Source of the DNA: Macrostomum lignano
Taxonomy: Eukaryota
DNA length: 64,000 bases
NCBI GenBank assembly: GCA_002269645.1
Contig: NIVC01001256.1
Location: 1 to 64,000, forward strand
Direction of reading: 5' to 3'
Part shown: positions 1-11,534 of the stretch, piece after piece
How the letters are laid out: each line of letters begins with the position of its first letter
How positions within the stretch are numbered: position 1 is the first letter of the stretch
Notes under the pieces: generated by a model
Told to the model about the DNA's origin: nothing
The model's input: the letters and a program-made list of their open reading frames with translations, nothing else
The model's database searches: none
Program-made: the position numbers and the translations under genes

Positions 1-243
1 TGACTGTCCCAGATTCTGATTGGTCCGTGACTGTCCCAGATTCTGATTGGTCCGTGACTGTCCCAGATTCTGATTGGTCCGTGACTGTCCCAGATTCTGA
101 TTGGTCCGTGACTGTCCCACATTCTGATTGGTCCGCTTCCGTCCTAGATTCTGATTCTTCGTAACTGTCCCATATTCTGATTGGTCCACTTCCGTCCTAT
201 ATTCTGATTGGTCCGCTTCCGTCCCAGATTCTGATTGGTCCGT
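1..243. repeat. 27-bp minisatellite (GTGACTGTCCCAGATTCTGATTGGTCC), ~9 copies, in a PIGW intron
   Basis: Period 27 read directly (tgactgtccc at 1 and 28); later copies diverge. Confidence 0.95.
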
Positions 244-333
244 GAATGTTCTAGTCTAGGTTTGCACCTTCCCAAATGCATCGTCATTGAGCCACAAAAT
301 CTCAATGCCTCCGCCCCTCTGCTGCTCCGCCAG

Positions 334-2036
334 GGACTTACCCTGTTTTCGGCTTCCATTCGGCAAGACGCGTACCTTTGGCACCGGCCTGATGGATGTC
401 GGCCTCGGCTGCTTCGTCTTTCTGATGGGCCTGACGGCGCCCACCTGCCGGGCTCGGGCGCTCAACCGGCATCAGCGGCAGGCGGCGCTGCTGAAGCAGA
501 CCGTACTGTGCCTGCTGCTGACCGGCTGCGGACTGGTGCGGCTGGGGTGGCACCCGATCAGGTACCGGTGTGTGGAGCGAGGATAAGGAGTGTGGAGCGG
601 GATAAGAAGTGTGGGAGCGGGGATAAGGAGTGTGGAGCGGGGATAAAAGTGTGAGCAAGAAGTGTGGAGCGGGATAAGGAGTGTGTGAGGGGGAGTGTGG
701 AGCGGGATAAGGAGTGTGTGAGCGTATAAGGAGTGTTTGAGCGGGGATAAGAAGTGTGGAGCGGGGATAAGGAGTGTGGAGCGGGAGGAGTGTTGAGCGG
801 TGATAAGGAGTGTGGTGAGCGTGGATAAGAGTGTGAGCGGGATAAGGAGTGTTGAGCGGGATAAGGAGTGTGTAGCGGGATAAGGAGTGTGGGAGCGGGA
901 TAAGGAGTGTGAGCGGGGATAAGGAGTGTGGAGCGGGGATGGGAGTGTGGGATAAACAATGGATGCATTCATCCCAGACTCTGCCTCCACCCCAGGCCGT
1001 GGAGGAGTACGGCCGGGACTGGAATGTGTTCTTTACGCTTGCCGCAGTGAAGATGGTGGCTCCGCTACCGAGCTGCTGCTGCTGCCGCCACAGTCGCGCC
1101 TTCCGCCGGCGCTGCCCGCCTGTCTCCTGTTGGCGCCTACGAGGTGGCCCTTGGCCGGTCGGCCGGCTGGCCATCACCATCGTCCGGCCAGAATCCGCGG
1201 CCGATGCAGAAGCTCCGGCGGCGGCGCCGCGGCCGCTCTGACCGCCAGACGCGATGCCGGCTTCTTCGAGGCCAACCGAGAGGGCCTGGTGGCCTGTCTG
1301 GGCCTTTACTGCCTCTACCTGCTGGCGCTGCAGGTCGGCCGTCTTGCCCTGCCCGTCCTAGCCAGCCGTCGGCCACTGATGTCGGCCGCGTGACCGGCTG
1401 GTGCGCAGCGGTGGCCGCCGCCACCCTGGCGCTCCGCGTCCTGCCAGCTGCCGGGCTTGCCCTGCCAGAGTCCCGGCGCCTGGGCAACGCCGCCTACGTG
1501 GCGTGGATCCTCGGCTTCTGCTGCGCCTACATGGCCGCCTGCGCCTTCGCGTCCTGCCTGTTTGCGGCCCTGGCCGGCCCCTACCCGGTCAGCTCCAACA
1601 ATGTGCACCTGCGCGAGCACCAGCGGGAGCACCAGTCCGAGCACCTGTCCCAGCCACCTCCCCCGCCGGCGTCCCCCTTCCTGCAGCTGGTGGACCAGCA
1701 CGGCCTGGCCTACTTCCTCATCGGCAACCTGCTGACCGGGCTCACCGGCCGCTGCATCTTGCCAGCCCTGTACGGCCGGCCCGACTTCGGCCCGTCATGC
1801 CGCCGGCCGCCTGCGCCCCTGTGCTCATGGCCTACATGCTGGTCCTCAGCCTGGCCACCGCCTGGCTGCTGCCCGCGATCTGCCGACTGCTTGCCGCGCT
1901 CTGGCGCCGCACCGCCACGGCCGCGGCCAGGCGGGAGTCGCGCCCGACGACCGTGCAGCCGCCGCTGCATCTGCCGCAGCAGCAACAGCAGCAATTTGAG
2001 CAGCAGCTTCGCCTTCAAACCATCAGCAGCGTGTGA
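334..2036 (+). CDS. PIGW: GPI inositol acyltransferase PIG-W/GWT1, 3' part (exon ~334-561, terminal exon 996-2036); reading frame broken by several indels; 5' exons lie outside the window
   Basis: GWT1-family motifs appear in order but in different frames: DLPCFRLPFGKTRTFGTGLMDVGLGCFVF, VEEYGRDWNVFFTL, FFEANREGLVACLG, ESRRLGNAAYVAW, VDQHGLAYFLIGNLLTG. Acceptors cag| at 333 and 995; donor |gtaccg at 562; stop at 2036 in the frame of ORF 1401..2036. Confidence 0.88.
570..950. repeat. Degenerate ~20-bp minisatellite (GAGCGGGGATAAGGAGTGTG) filling a PIGW intron
   Basis: Repeated gagcggggataaggagtgtg variants between donor 562 and acceptor 995. Confidence 0.9.
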
Positions 2037-2283
2037 CGATTGGGATTTTGTCTGCTTTATTCCTCAGTTATCAATGCAAACAGCCTGTCGATCATGCCTA
2101 GCAGAGCTCACAATATGCTATATATTTTTATCCGTGTTGCAGGTTTACATATATTTTCTAGTATGGCTAGTCTCTTATGATCATTTATTGAGCAGTGCAG
2201 TATTTGTGTATAAGAAACTTGGCAAGAGGCATCCTGAATTTTGTTGACTTTAATATTTACGCTTTGATCCGGTACATAAATAG

Positions 2284-2412
2284 ATTAAAAAATACGCAGT
2301 CCAGCTCCAATCTGCTTGTGAAAATCTTTGTAATTTTTGCATTTCAATTATTGATATTACCAAGACGCTACTGAGGTAAGTAGAGGAATGCGGAAAGCAG
2401 GTCAAATTTATT
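2284..2412. terminator. Candidate convergent polyadenylation signals: ATTAAA (+, 2284-2289, PIGW) and AATAAA (-, 2407-2412, OSBPL2)
   Basis: Hexamers in AT-rich sequence downstream of both stop codons; no transcript evidence. Confidence 0.3.
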
Positions 2413-2824
2413 GTTTCTGCGAGCCACTACAATAGAGAAATTCGCAGGGTGTGAAAAGTGGGGATTTAAAAATATTATCAAGTCTGGTTTTTTCCAGAGA
2501 GAATTTTTTCCATAGTAAATTGGCAAGTGACAGTACGCGATTGTGTGAATGTTTCCGAGCTGAATTTGGGCATCACAGTACAAGCATAAAGTACATTCGA
2601 ATGCATCCGAATTCATCTAATATGGTATGGAGATAGCCAACAAGTATTCAAGCCAGGTCAACCGCAACTAACAACCTGTTAAAGCACCCAAGCCAATCCC
2701 TATCCGCCTCAACCACCCACCTCACTCCCCTTTCTTCACTTCGCTACGGCTCTACCCGCTCCTATTGGCTGTTTTCTCCGCGGCCAATAGGAATCCAGCA
2801 GGGGTGAGGGGCGGCACTGCAGCC

Positions 2825-4003
2825 TCAGTAAATATCCGGGCAGCGGGCCCAGTCGCGCGCCCAGTATTCGCCCGTGAAGCGCCAGTCGCCGTCCTTGCCG
2901 GTGTGCGGGTTCCGCCACCTGCGGAACCAGACGCCGTCGGAGTCCGACTGAGCGCGGCGCCGGCGCTGCTTCTCTTCTAGGCGCGACTTCTCTGCCTGCG
3001 CCAGCGCAAGGTCACCGGCCTCGAGGGCGCGCACGTCAGGCTTCCGGCGAGCGTCGGTAGGCGGCAGGCGCGCCATCAGTTCGGCGTCCGAGCAGTCGTT
3101 GAGCTGCATGGCGAAGCGGGTGAAGCTGTAGTAGCGCTCGCAGCCCTGCGGCCGCTGCACCAGCTGCCAGAGCAGCCGCTGGCCGGGCAGCCGCAGGTCG
3201 GCCGCTGACCCGCGACTCGGCGGGCCCGTCTGGCCGTCCTCGCTGTCGCTGGCTGCCTTCCTGGACGGCGATTCGTCGCCGGCTGAGCCGCTGCTGATGC
3301 TGTTGGCGGCGATGAAACTCGATGGGCGCAGCTTAGGGCTGCCGTTGCGAGGCGATGAGGATACTTCGCGCTGCTGATGGTGGCGACGACGCGACGATTG
3401 GTGGCTGCCGCCGCTGCGCTTGTGCTCCTTCCAGGCCTCCACCGGCAGGCTATGGAAAAGCCGGGCGGCAAATTCTCTCAGCCGCCATTCACATTACTTA
3501 AAGTAGAACTAAGGTGGATGGTGCTAGAATTCGAGCATGCTGCACTCCCAGCCTTCTCTATTTCCGTCTCTCCAGATCACCCCCTATGTCAAAACTCATA
3601 TGGGTAATGGACTAACCGAATCCCCGGGAACGGAATGGATTCGAGAATTAGCACGCGCTGGGGCTTGCTAATCTATAAGCTGAGCTCTCCCAGACCAGCT
3701 CAGGTAAAGCAGGTGACAGCCGGTGCTGGGGCGCCTCTCAAAGCCCGAACTGGTTCAATCCGGCCCAGCTGAATTCATTGCCTAGCCGCCACCTGCACGG
3801 CTTCTGCTGGCTAAATAGTGAGGATGGAGCAGCGGGAAGCAGCTCCCCCAGCCTCCGCTCCTGCTTTGGTTTGCCGCTCTTAGCGACTCTTCATCTCTGC
3901 GGCGCTCATAGTGTTTCCACACGCAGCGGACCGCTCCTACTGTGGCGAGTCTAGCGAGAATGACACGCAGACAGGCAGACAGCCACATAGACAGACAGAC
4001 AGT

Positions 4004-4073
<70 letters not shown>

Positions 4074-4189
4074 GGCGGGCAGGCAGGCAGGCAGGCAGAC
4101 AGGCGGGCAGACAGGCAGGCAGGCAGGCAGGCGGGCAGGCAGGTAGGCAGGCAGGCAGGCAGGCGGGCAGGCAGGTAGGCAGGCAGGCA

Positions 4190-4243
<54 letters not shown>

Positions 4244-7200
4244 TAGGCAGGCGGGCAGGCAGGTAGGCAGGCGGGCAGGCAGGCGGGCAGGCAGGCAGAC
4301 AGGCGGGAAGGCAGACAGGCAGGCAGGTAGGCAGGCAGACAGGCAGACAGGCTCACCTGAACATGGCGTCAAGCCACTTGCCGTACAAGGCCCGAACTTT
4401 CCTGCCATCCTCATCGAACACGTAGCCGTCAACCCGGTGGTGGCTGGGGCTGAGCCAGGATGCCGGGTGCCAGCTGAGCTCAGCCTTGCGGCCGCTGCCG
4501 TGGCAGGTGATTGTCATGTCGCCGAACTGCAGTTGGGCGTGAAAAATTTTTAATTAGTCACTTTGGCCCATCTCGGCATTTAAAGTGCACTACATGTAGC
4601 ACCTCCGAGAAGTGCAGTCCCTTCTTACATGCTCAATCCACAGCTTCCCAATGATGATGTTGTGGATTTTGCACTGCACATTCTGCCAGGTGTACACCTC
4701 GCCGCGCCTGGGAAACTCCAGCGTCACCCAGCCCTTCGGGCAGACCTCCACGGATTTTCCCCAGAAGCTGAGGCGGGGCGTCACGCTGCCGTGGAAGCGC
4801 CAGGCGCTGTCCGAGGACTCGGCGTGGAAGGCGCTGATTGGCGGATGGTGAGAGACCTGCTCGCACACCATCCGGAAGCCGCCACCCTGCTCGTGGGTTC
4901 TGAGGGTTGCAGGTCCACAGAACTTACATGGAGAACGGACTGTCCACATATGATCCTGTGCTAGAAACTGGGAAGGGTCTTGTACATAGGAACAATGGTC
5001 TTGTACATAGGAACAATGGTCTTGTACATAGGAACAATGGTCTTGTACATAGGAACAATGGTCTTGTACATAGGAACAATGGTCTTGTACATAGTAACAA
5101 TGGTCTTGTACATAGGAACAATGGTCTTGTACATAGGAACAATGGTCTTGTACATAGGAACAATGGTCTTGTACATAGGAACAATGGTCTTGTACATAGG
5201 AACAATGGTCTTGTACATAGGAACAATGGTCTTGTACTAAAGCACTGTAACAAAATGCATGCATGAGCACGTTGTTCTATCCGGTTGGGGAGACAGAAAT
5301 ATAGAGAAAAGGAGACATTTGATCTGAGAGCGAGAATGAAGTTGATGAGGCTTAGAAACTGGGCTCTCTCCAAAGCGCCAGTACGTAGAAAGTGAGCGCA
5401 CGACATGCCATCATCTGTTCGGCGGTCCCAGCTGCAGTTTCTCTCCGCCATCAGCGCCGCATGGCCTCCTTCCATTTTCCCAGTCCCCAGCAATCAATTA
5501 TTGATCCACTGCGGGCCATTAGCCCAGCAGGGGGCCTCGGCAAAGCAAAGGTGCAGCCGCTCACCCAGTCGGTTCAGCAAACCCGGCCTCCCGATAGGCG
5601 CATCGCACTGAAGCGGTTCCGGCTCTCCAACGAGCCTCTCGGCGCTCAAGACTCTGGCTCGGGAAAGCACTCTAAAAGTCAATTTTTTTTCTTCAGCTTC
5701 GTCACTCTATCTTTCAGAGACCAAAAGCAGTAAATGCGTTTGGGAAAAATTTTGTTAACACTCTGCGGCAGAAATTTACGACTAACATGCTTCATGCGCT
5801 TTACGCTTTATTTACGCTTCATGCAGAGCGCTAAAAGTAATTACGGCAGGGCTAGAGCTAGGGCTAGGGCTAAGGCTATGGCTATGGCTATGGCCAGGGC
5901 TAGGGCGGCTAGGGCTAGGGCTAGGGCTAGGGCTAGGGCTAGGGCTAGGGCTAGGGCTAGGGCTAGAGTTACGGCTTGGGCTAGGGCTAGGGTTAGGAGT
6001 GATAGACAGAGGGCTATAGCTAGGGCTAGGCTTAGGAGTGATAGAGGGCTATAGCTAGGGCTAGGGCTAGGGCTAGGGTTAGGAGTGATAGACAGAGGGC
6101 TATAGCTAGGGCTAGGGTTAGGAGTGATAGACAGAGGGCTATAGCTAGGGCTAGGGTTAGGAGTGATAGAAAGAGGGCTATAGCTAGGGCTAGGGTTAGG
6201 AGTGATAGAAAGAGGGCTATAGCTAGGGCTAGGGTTATTAGTGATAGACAGAGGGCTATAGCTAGGGCTAGGGTTAGGAGTGATAGACAGAGGGCTATAG
6301 CTGCTTAAACCCGCATTTCTCTTCTTGACAGTCCCTCTCACCTTGAGCTGTCACCCATGCCATGTTCAACTTGGCTGCAGTTTGGATGCTGCGCTTTCTC
6401 CCAACTCCAACATATCAATTTATTTATAGTAAACTGAATAGGCATGCGATTCCAATTCCCCCCCCCCAACACAGCACCAGCAGCAGTCCCAGATGGCCAT
6501 AAACCAAACAACAGCTCCTGAGTCCCACACAAAAGTTCTCCTGCTATTTATACAAGGTGCATAATACGAATACATGCAAGCCCATACATGTATATTATTA
6601 GAATTCTGGTTGAATCAACTTCAACCTACCAGTACTCCTGCCATCAAATAGGGGCCGTTTTAATTCACTCTTTGCAAGCGGCAAAGCGGCAGGAGGAGGC
6701 TGCAGGAAGCACTATTAAGATGAGGCCAGAGGCCATGCAGGCTGCAGGAGGTTCCGTTGTTGGTGCTCTCCACTGAGCACACAGTGAGCCCAGGCCAGGG
6801 AAGCGAACTGACTAAAACTACTCCATTGTCCTCATCGGACTCACCTGAGCACTGATGGAGAACGAGAGGGAGAGAGAGAGATGGAAAAGCAGAATCCAGT
6901 TTCCTGGCCCTCTCGCCTTGCCCACTTGCAAGGCTGCATGGATCGCAGCTGTTTCAGGCATTGCTAGAAGCGGCTGCAGAAGGGCGGGTGTCCAGTCCAA
7001 CTACACTGGCGCTGCACTGGCGCTTATTCACCCTGGGAAACGCTTGCCAAACTGGCTTTGCAGTGAAATGGATTGTGGCAATAGCGGAAGGCATGGCAGT
7101 GTCGCGGACCAAAGACCAATTTAACCACTGGGAGCAACGCGGATCGGGCCAAAAACCGCTGTGAGTGTAGTGAAAAACAAAGGACTAAAAAAGTACTTCA

Positions 7201-10200
7201 CCCTCTAGAACTACAGGTAATCGAACCAAGGACCAGTAGGAGTATAGGGAATCGAACCAAGGACCAAATAGGAGTACAGGGAATCGAACCAAGGACCTGT
7301 TGGAGTACAAGGAATCGAACCAAGGACCTGTTGGAGTACAAGGAATCGAACCAAGGACCTGTTGGAGTACAAGGAATCGAACCAAGGACCTGTTGGAGTA
7401 CAAGGAATCGAACCAAGGACCAAATAGAAGTACAGTGAATCGAACCAAGGACCGAATAGGAGTACAGTGAATCAAACCAAGGACCAGTAGGAGTACAGTG
7501 AATCAAACCAAGGACCAGTAGGAGTACAGTGAATCGAACCAAGGACCAGTAGGAGTACAGTGAATCAAACCAAGGACCAGTAGGAGTACAGTGAATCGAA
7601 CCAACGACCAGTAGGAGTACAGTGAATCAAACCAAGGACCAGTAGGAGTACAGTGAATCGAACCAAGGACCAGTAGGAGTACAGTGAATCAAACCAAGGA
7701 CCAGTAGGAGTACAGTGAATCAAACCAAGGACCAGTAGGAGTACAGTGAATCAAACCAAGGACCAGTAGGAGTACAGTGAATCGAACCAAGGACCAGTAG
7801 GAGTACAGTGAATCAAACCAAGGACCAGTAGGAGTACAGTGAATCAAACCAAGGACCAGTAGGAGTACAGTGAATCGAACCAAGGACCAGTAGGAGTACA
7901 GTGAATCAAATCAAGGACCAGTAGGACTACAGTGAATCAAACCAAGGACCAGTAGGAGTACAGTGAATCAAACCAAGGACCAGTAGGAGTACAGTGAATC
8001 GAACCAAGGACCGAATAGGAGTACAGTGAATCGAACCAAGGACCAGTAGGAGTACAGTGAATCGAACCAAGGACCGAATAGGAGTACAGTGAATCGAACC
8101 AAGGACCAGTAGGAGTACAGTGAATCGAACCAAGGACCGAATAGGAGTACAGTGAATCAAACCAAGGACCAGTAGGAGTACAGTGAATCAAACCAAGGAC
8201 CAGTAGGAGTACAGTGAATCAAACCAAGGACCAGTAGGAGTACAGTGAATCGAACCAAGGACCAGTAGGAGTACAGTGAATCGAACCAAGGACCGAATAG
8301 GAGTACAGTGAATCGAACCAAGGACCGAATAGGAGTACAGTGAATCAAACCAAGGACCAGTAGGAGTACAGTGAATCAAACCAAGGACCAGTAGGAGTAC
8401 AGTGAATCAAACCAAGGACCAGTAGGAGTACAGTGAATCGAACCAAGGACCGAATAGGAGTACAGTGAATCGAACCAAGGACCAGTAGGAGTACAGTGAA
8501 TCGAACCAAGGACCGAATAGGAGTACAGTGAATCGAACCAAGGACCAGTAGGAGTACAGTGAATCGAACCAAGGACCGAATAGGAGTACAGTGAATCAAA
8601 CCAAGGACCAGTAGGAGTACAGTGAATCGAACCAAGGGACACAAAAACCAGGCACAGAGCACACTAGATCCTTAACCCTGTCGAGTCTCACCTGTCCAAT
8701 TCATAGGTCTCTCCCATCAGCGGGTTGAACGGCTTTCCCAGGCGGTCCCAGTTCGAGGAGACGGCCGACACAGCGAATGCTGCAATGAGCTGCGGGAGGT
8801 GCAGCGGCGGCTCAGAAGGCGCAATCTTCCAGCTTCAAGTTGCCCAATGAAAACCTGAGCACAATTAGCCAACTTACTTCCAGCCTCTCAGTCGGGCAGT
8901 CGCACTGCTCAGCCTGGAACAGCAGCTCCGAGTACTCCAGGTACTCGCAGATTCGCTGCAGAAACGACAGCGGCTCGTTGAAGTTCACCGGCATGGCGAT
9001 TTTGGTCAGCTCCTGCGAGCACGGGGGAAGGGGAAGGTCGCGGGTTCGAATCGGGACGTGGGCCTTTTCAACTCTCTCATCGACGGGCAGTGCACACTGG
9101 CAATGGGCCCTCAATGCCCCTATAGAATCGAACGGAATCGAACCTCGGTCCCGCCAGACTACAAGCCCATAAGACTGGGTGTGCGTTGGATCGCTTCCTG
9201 CATGCGAGTACAAAGAAGTTCCTTTCCGCATAAGCAGCCAATAGCAGGCGGGCTACAAAAGTACAACTCGCTCTCCTTCGACAGCTGATTCAAGGATCCT
9301 GTGGGCGACTTGGAAGTGAGATTAGCGCAGCCGACAGGGAAGGAGATTTCCCCTGGCAACGGCGCCTGCGTCCCCAAGGGTGCTAAGAGAAATATTGGGA
9401 AAGAATTGGGGGCCAAAATTTGCAATGGCCTCAGCCTGAGATCGATGAGGGCCAGAGAGGCTGGATCGATCCTTTTTGCGCGGCTTGAATTAATTCCCCA
9501 GGAATTTCGCTACCTATAGTGCTCAGCATGGCCAGTGACCTCGGCAGTTTCCCGCGGTTCCGGCTCAGCGATTGAAGTCCGAGCGCAGCTCAGAGGAGGT
9601 GGAGGAGAGAAGCTGGACGGGCTGGAGGGCGGGGTGGGGAATTTCGCGGGCGGGGCAATTAGTGGCCGGCCGGGTGCGCGCAAGTGCTGGGGGGGGGCAA
9701 ATTACACGAACAGAGGAGACGGCCGGCAGCAGTGCAGAGTGCCCGGGCGTGACGGACTGAAGCAGGGAAATAGAGGGCAGGCAGGGGGACTCAAATCTCT
9801 CTATCTAAATAGGGCGCTGGGCCGGACTGCCGATGGAAAGTTAATTTAGCAGCAGGAGGGCCGGCAGAGCAGCTTCTGCTCGACTTTCTCAGGCAAAAAT
9901 GCTACTACGATTGGCTGTCCAGCAGCGTTCAAGACTCTCAGTGGAGTTTTTAAGCGATTTGCTCGGAAAAGTTTGAAATCGAGGGGATGATGAAGCGAGG
10001 CTCATTCCTGACTTTCCTGACATTCCTAACTTTCCTGACATTCCTCACTTTCCTGATATTCCTGACATTCCTGACTTTCCTGACATTCCTGACTTTCTGA
10101 CTTTCCTGACATTCCTAACTTTCCCTGACTTTCTCATCACCAGGCATGTACACTATTGTGCTGTTGACCCTCACGAGCGTGAACCCCACGACAAGCCCAA

Positions 10201-11158
10201 GCGGAATCGTCTTTCAAGAGTTACAGACACGTTTCCAACCAGCCCTTTCAGGACTTGAAAAATGAACCATTTCAAAGAATTTCATTTTAATACTTTGAAT
10301 TTAGGAACAATATAGTAGGCCTGTTGGTTCTAGGGTAAATACTGTTTATCTCGCGCTCGTAATTAACGAGGGTACGCGCGTAAATAAAAAATTCCGCTAG
10401 GCGCCAGGTCTGCTCAACTTTACCTTGCCAATGCAGTTTTTCAGGATGCTCCACACGTTGAACTCAGCTCTGGAGGGCATCTCAGCGGGCAGCTGGCAGC
10501 TGTGTCATGGAAAACGGGGGCAAGGATGTTGGCCAGTCAGTTTTGATGTCCTTGAGGCATCGCCAAGGACTATTAATGATAAAGCAGAGTTTCAAATCGT
10601 CCAGCTGTGCATAGCTAGGCAATGGGGGGCTCATCAAAAGTGCACGGTGCAGGCGCAGGTGGGCAGCCAGGCCGCAGGAGCCCCAAGCTAATGATCGGAG
10701 CGGCACGAAGCGCAGACTGCAAGCAGAAAAGGCACGCTTAGGAAATAATGAGGACTCAGGCAGATGGCTGGGCGGGCCTTCGATCGGGCCGGCTGAAACG
10801 AAGAGGAAAAATTTCCTAACCGAGGAACAGAGAGCCGGGAGACTGCTCAAGCTTGATACGATTCAGTTGACAGTCTGTGTAACTTCAATTAGTTTTTTAA
10901 GGCCTCGTCAGACTATTGCAGAGTTGTGAAAACCGGCTAAGAGAGACCCGAGAGCACATTTCGAGGAGAGTTTTGCTACTACGAGCTAAGGAGGGCTGCG
11001 CGCACCCTGGCGCAACGCCTTCGGCGACATCGTCCAAAACCAGCGGTGAGGCGATTCTGCCCATTGCGCTGACTGCAGAAAGCTGCGGCTCACCGGTATC
11101 CATTGACAGCGGAGGAGGCGGTCGCTTCGGTCTGCTCACCGTTCTCCTCGTCCGCCAT
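2825..11158 (-). CDS. OSBPL2: Oxysterol-binding protein-related protein, OSBPL1/OSBPL2 (ORP1/2) type, 479 aa; exons 11158-11094, 10499-10424, 9012-8878, 8789-8692, 4899-4629, 4526-4357, 3449-2825
   Basis: Seven GT-AG exons join in phase (1440 nt including stop). Motifs: [58 protein letters not shown], signature [55 protein letters not shown]-terminal CPDIY as in ORP1/2. Confidence 0.95.
3968..4350. repeat. Compound (GACA)n/(GGCA)n microsatellite in OSBPL2 intron 6
   Basis: A cagacaga run grades into gcaggcag and ends at the donor of exon 4526-4357. Confidence 0.95.
4977..5237. repeat. 21-bp minisatellite (CTTGTACATAGGAACAATGGT), ~12 copies
   Basis: Near-perfect tandem copies; gives the 7-aa periodic ORFs (VQDHCSY). 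Confidence 0.97.
5849..6301. repeat. Telomere-like (GGGCTA)n run followed by a 39-bp unit containing GGGTTAGG
   Basis: gctagggctagggcta tract at 5849-5995, then gggttaggagtgatagacagagggctatagctagggcta repeats. Confidence 0.9.
7212..8637. repeat. 31/32-bp minisatellite (GAATCRAACCAAGGACCAGTAGGAGTACAGT), ~45 copies
   Basis: Tandem copies with interspersed variants (gaatcgaacc/gaatcaaacc; gaccagtagg/gaccgaatagg); ends ~55 bp from the exon 4 donor. Confidence 0.97.
10010..10135. repeat. Degenerate 9-bp repeat (TTCCTGACW)
   Basis: ttcctgacattcctgacttt repeated in OSBPL2 intron 2. Confidence 0.8.
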
Positions 11159-11458
11159 GCGAGCGGCAGATTAGGAATTGGCGCGCAAGACAACGGGTGG
11201 CCGTGGCCTCTCACAGTTAGCAGAGAGAACGCGAGGCCAGCTGTGAATTCATTGCCAGCAAACTTAGGCGGCGCAGCTGCAGAGTTGAACAAGCAGCTGC
11301 GGTGCGGAGGCAGACTCGCTCCGTATTTATACAATGGGAGGACGGGATGCAAGGCGAGACTTGGCAGCAGGGCCGCTGAGGGCAAGTGTAGGAGAAAGAA
11401 TTTGATTTGCTCAGCGCGTGCGGGGAGGCTGGAACTGAGGGACAGAATAGGCTGCATC

Positions 11459-11460
<2 letters not shown>

Positions 11461-11533
<73 letters not shown>
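11461..11533. repeat. (CAG)~24 trinucleotide tract ~300 bp upstream of the OSBPL2 ATG
   Basis: Pure gca run read directly. Confidence 0.97.

Positions 11534-11534
<1 letters not shown>

Noticed and set aside
3782-3942. Extra OSBPL2 exon ([12 protein letters not shown]...)
   Set aside because: With the phase-2 donor of exon 6 the available acceptors give [10 protein letters not shown]; the exon at 3449 joins in phase and aligns with ORP2.
5849-6301. True telomere or chromosome-fusion point
   Set aside because: Mostly GGGCTA variants, in a single orientation, inside an intron of an intact gene.
7212-8637. Regular ~30-55-bp repeats (also 14283-15381, 29402-30535, 63195-64000) as CRISPR arrays
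   Set aside because: Units are head-to-tail with no unique spacers, lie in spliceosomal introns, and no cas genes are present.
9030-9200. tRNA genes suggested by GGTTCGAATC (+, ~9043) and GGTTCGATTCC (-, ~9134)
   Set aside because: T-stems do not pair, and there is no A-box, D-arm or acceptor stem; at most SINE/tRNA relics.
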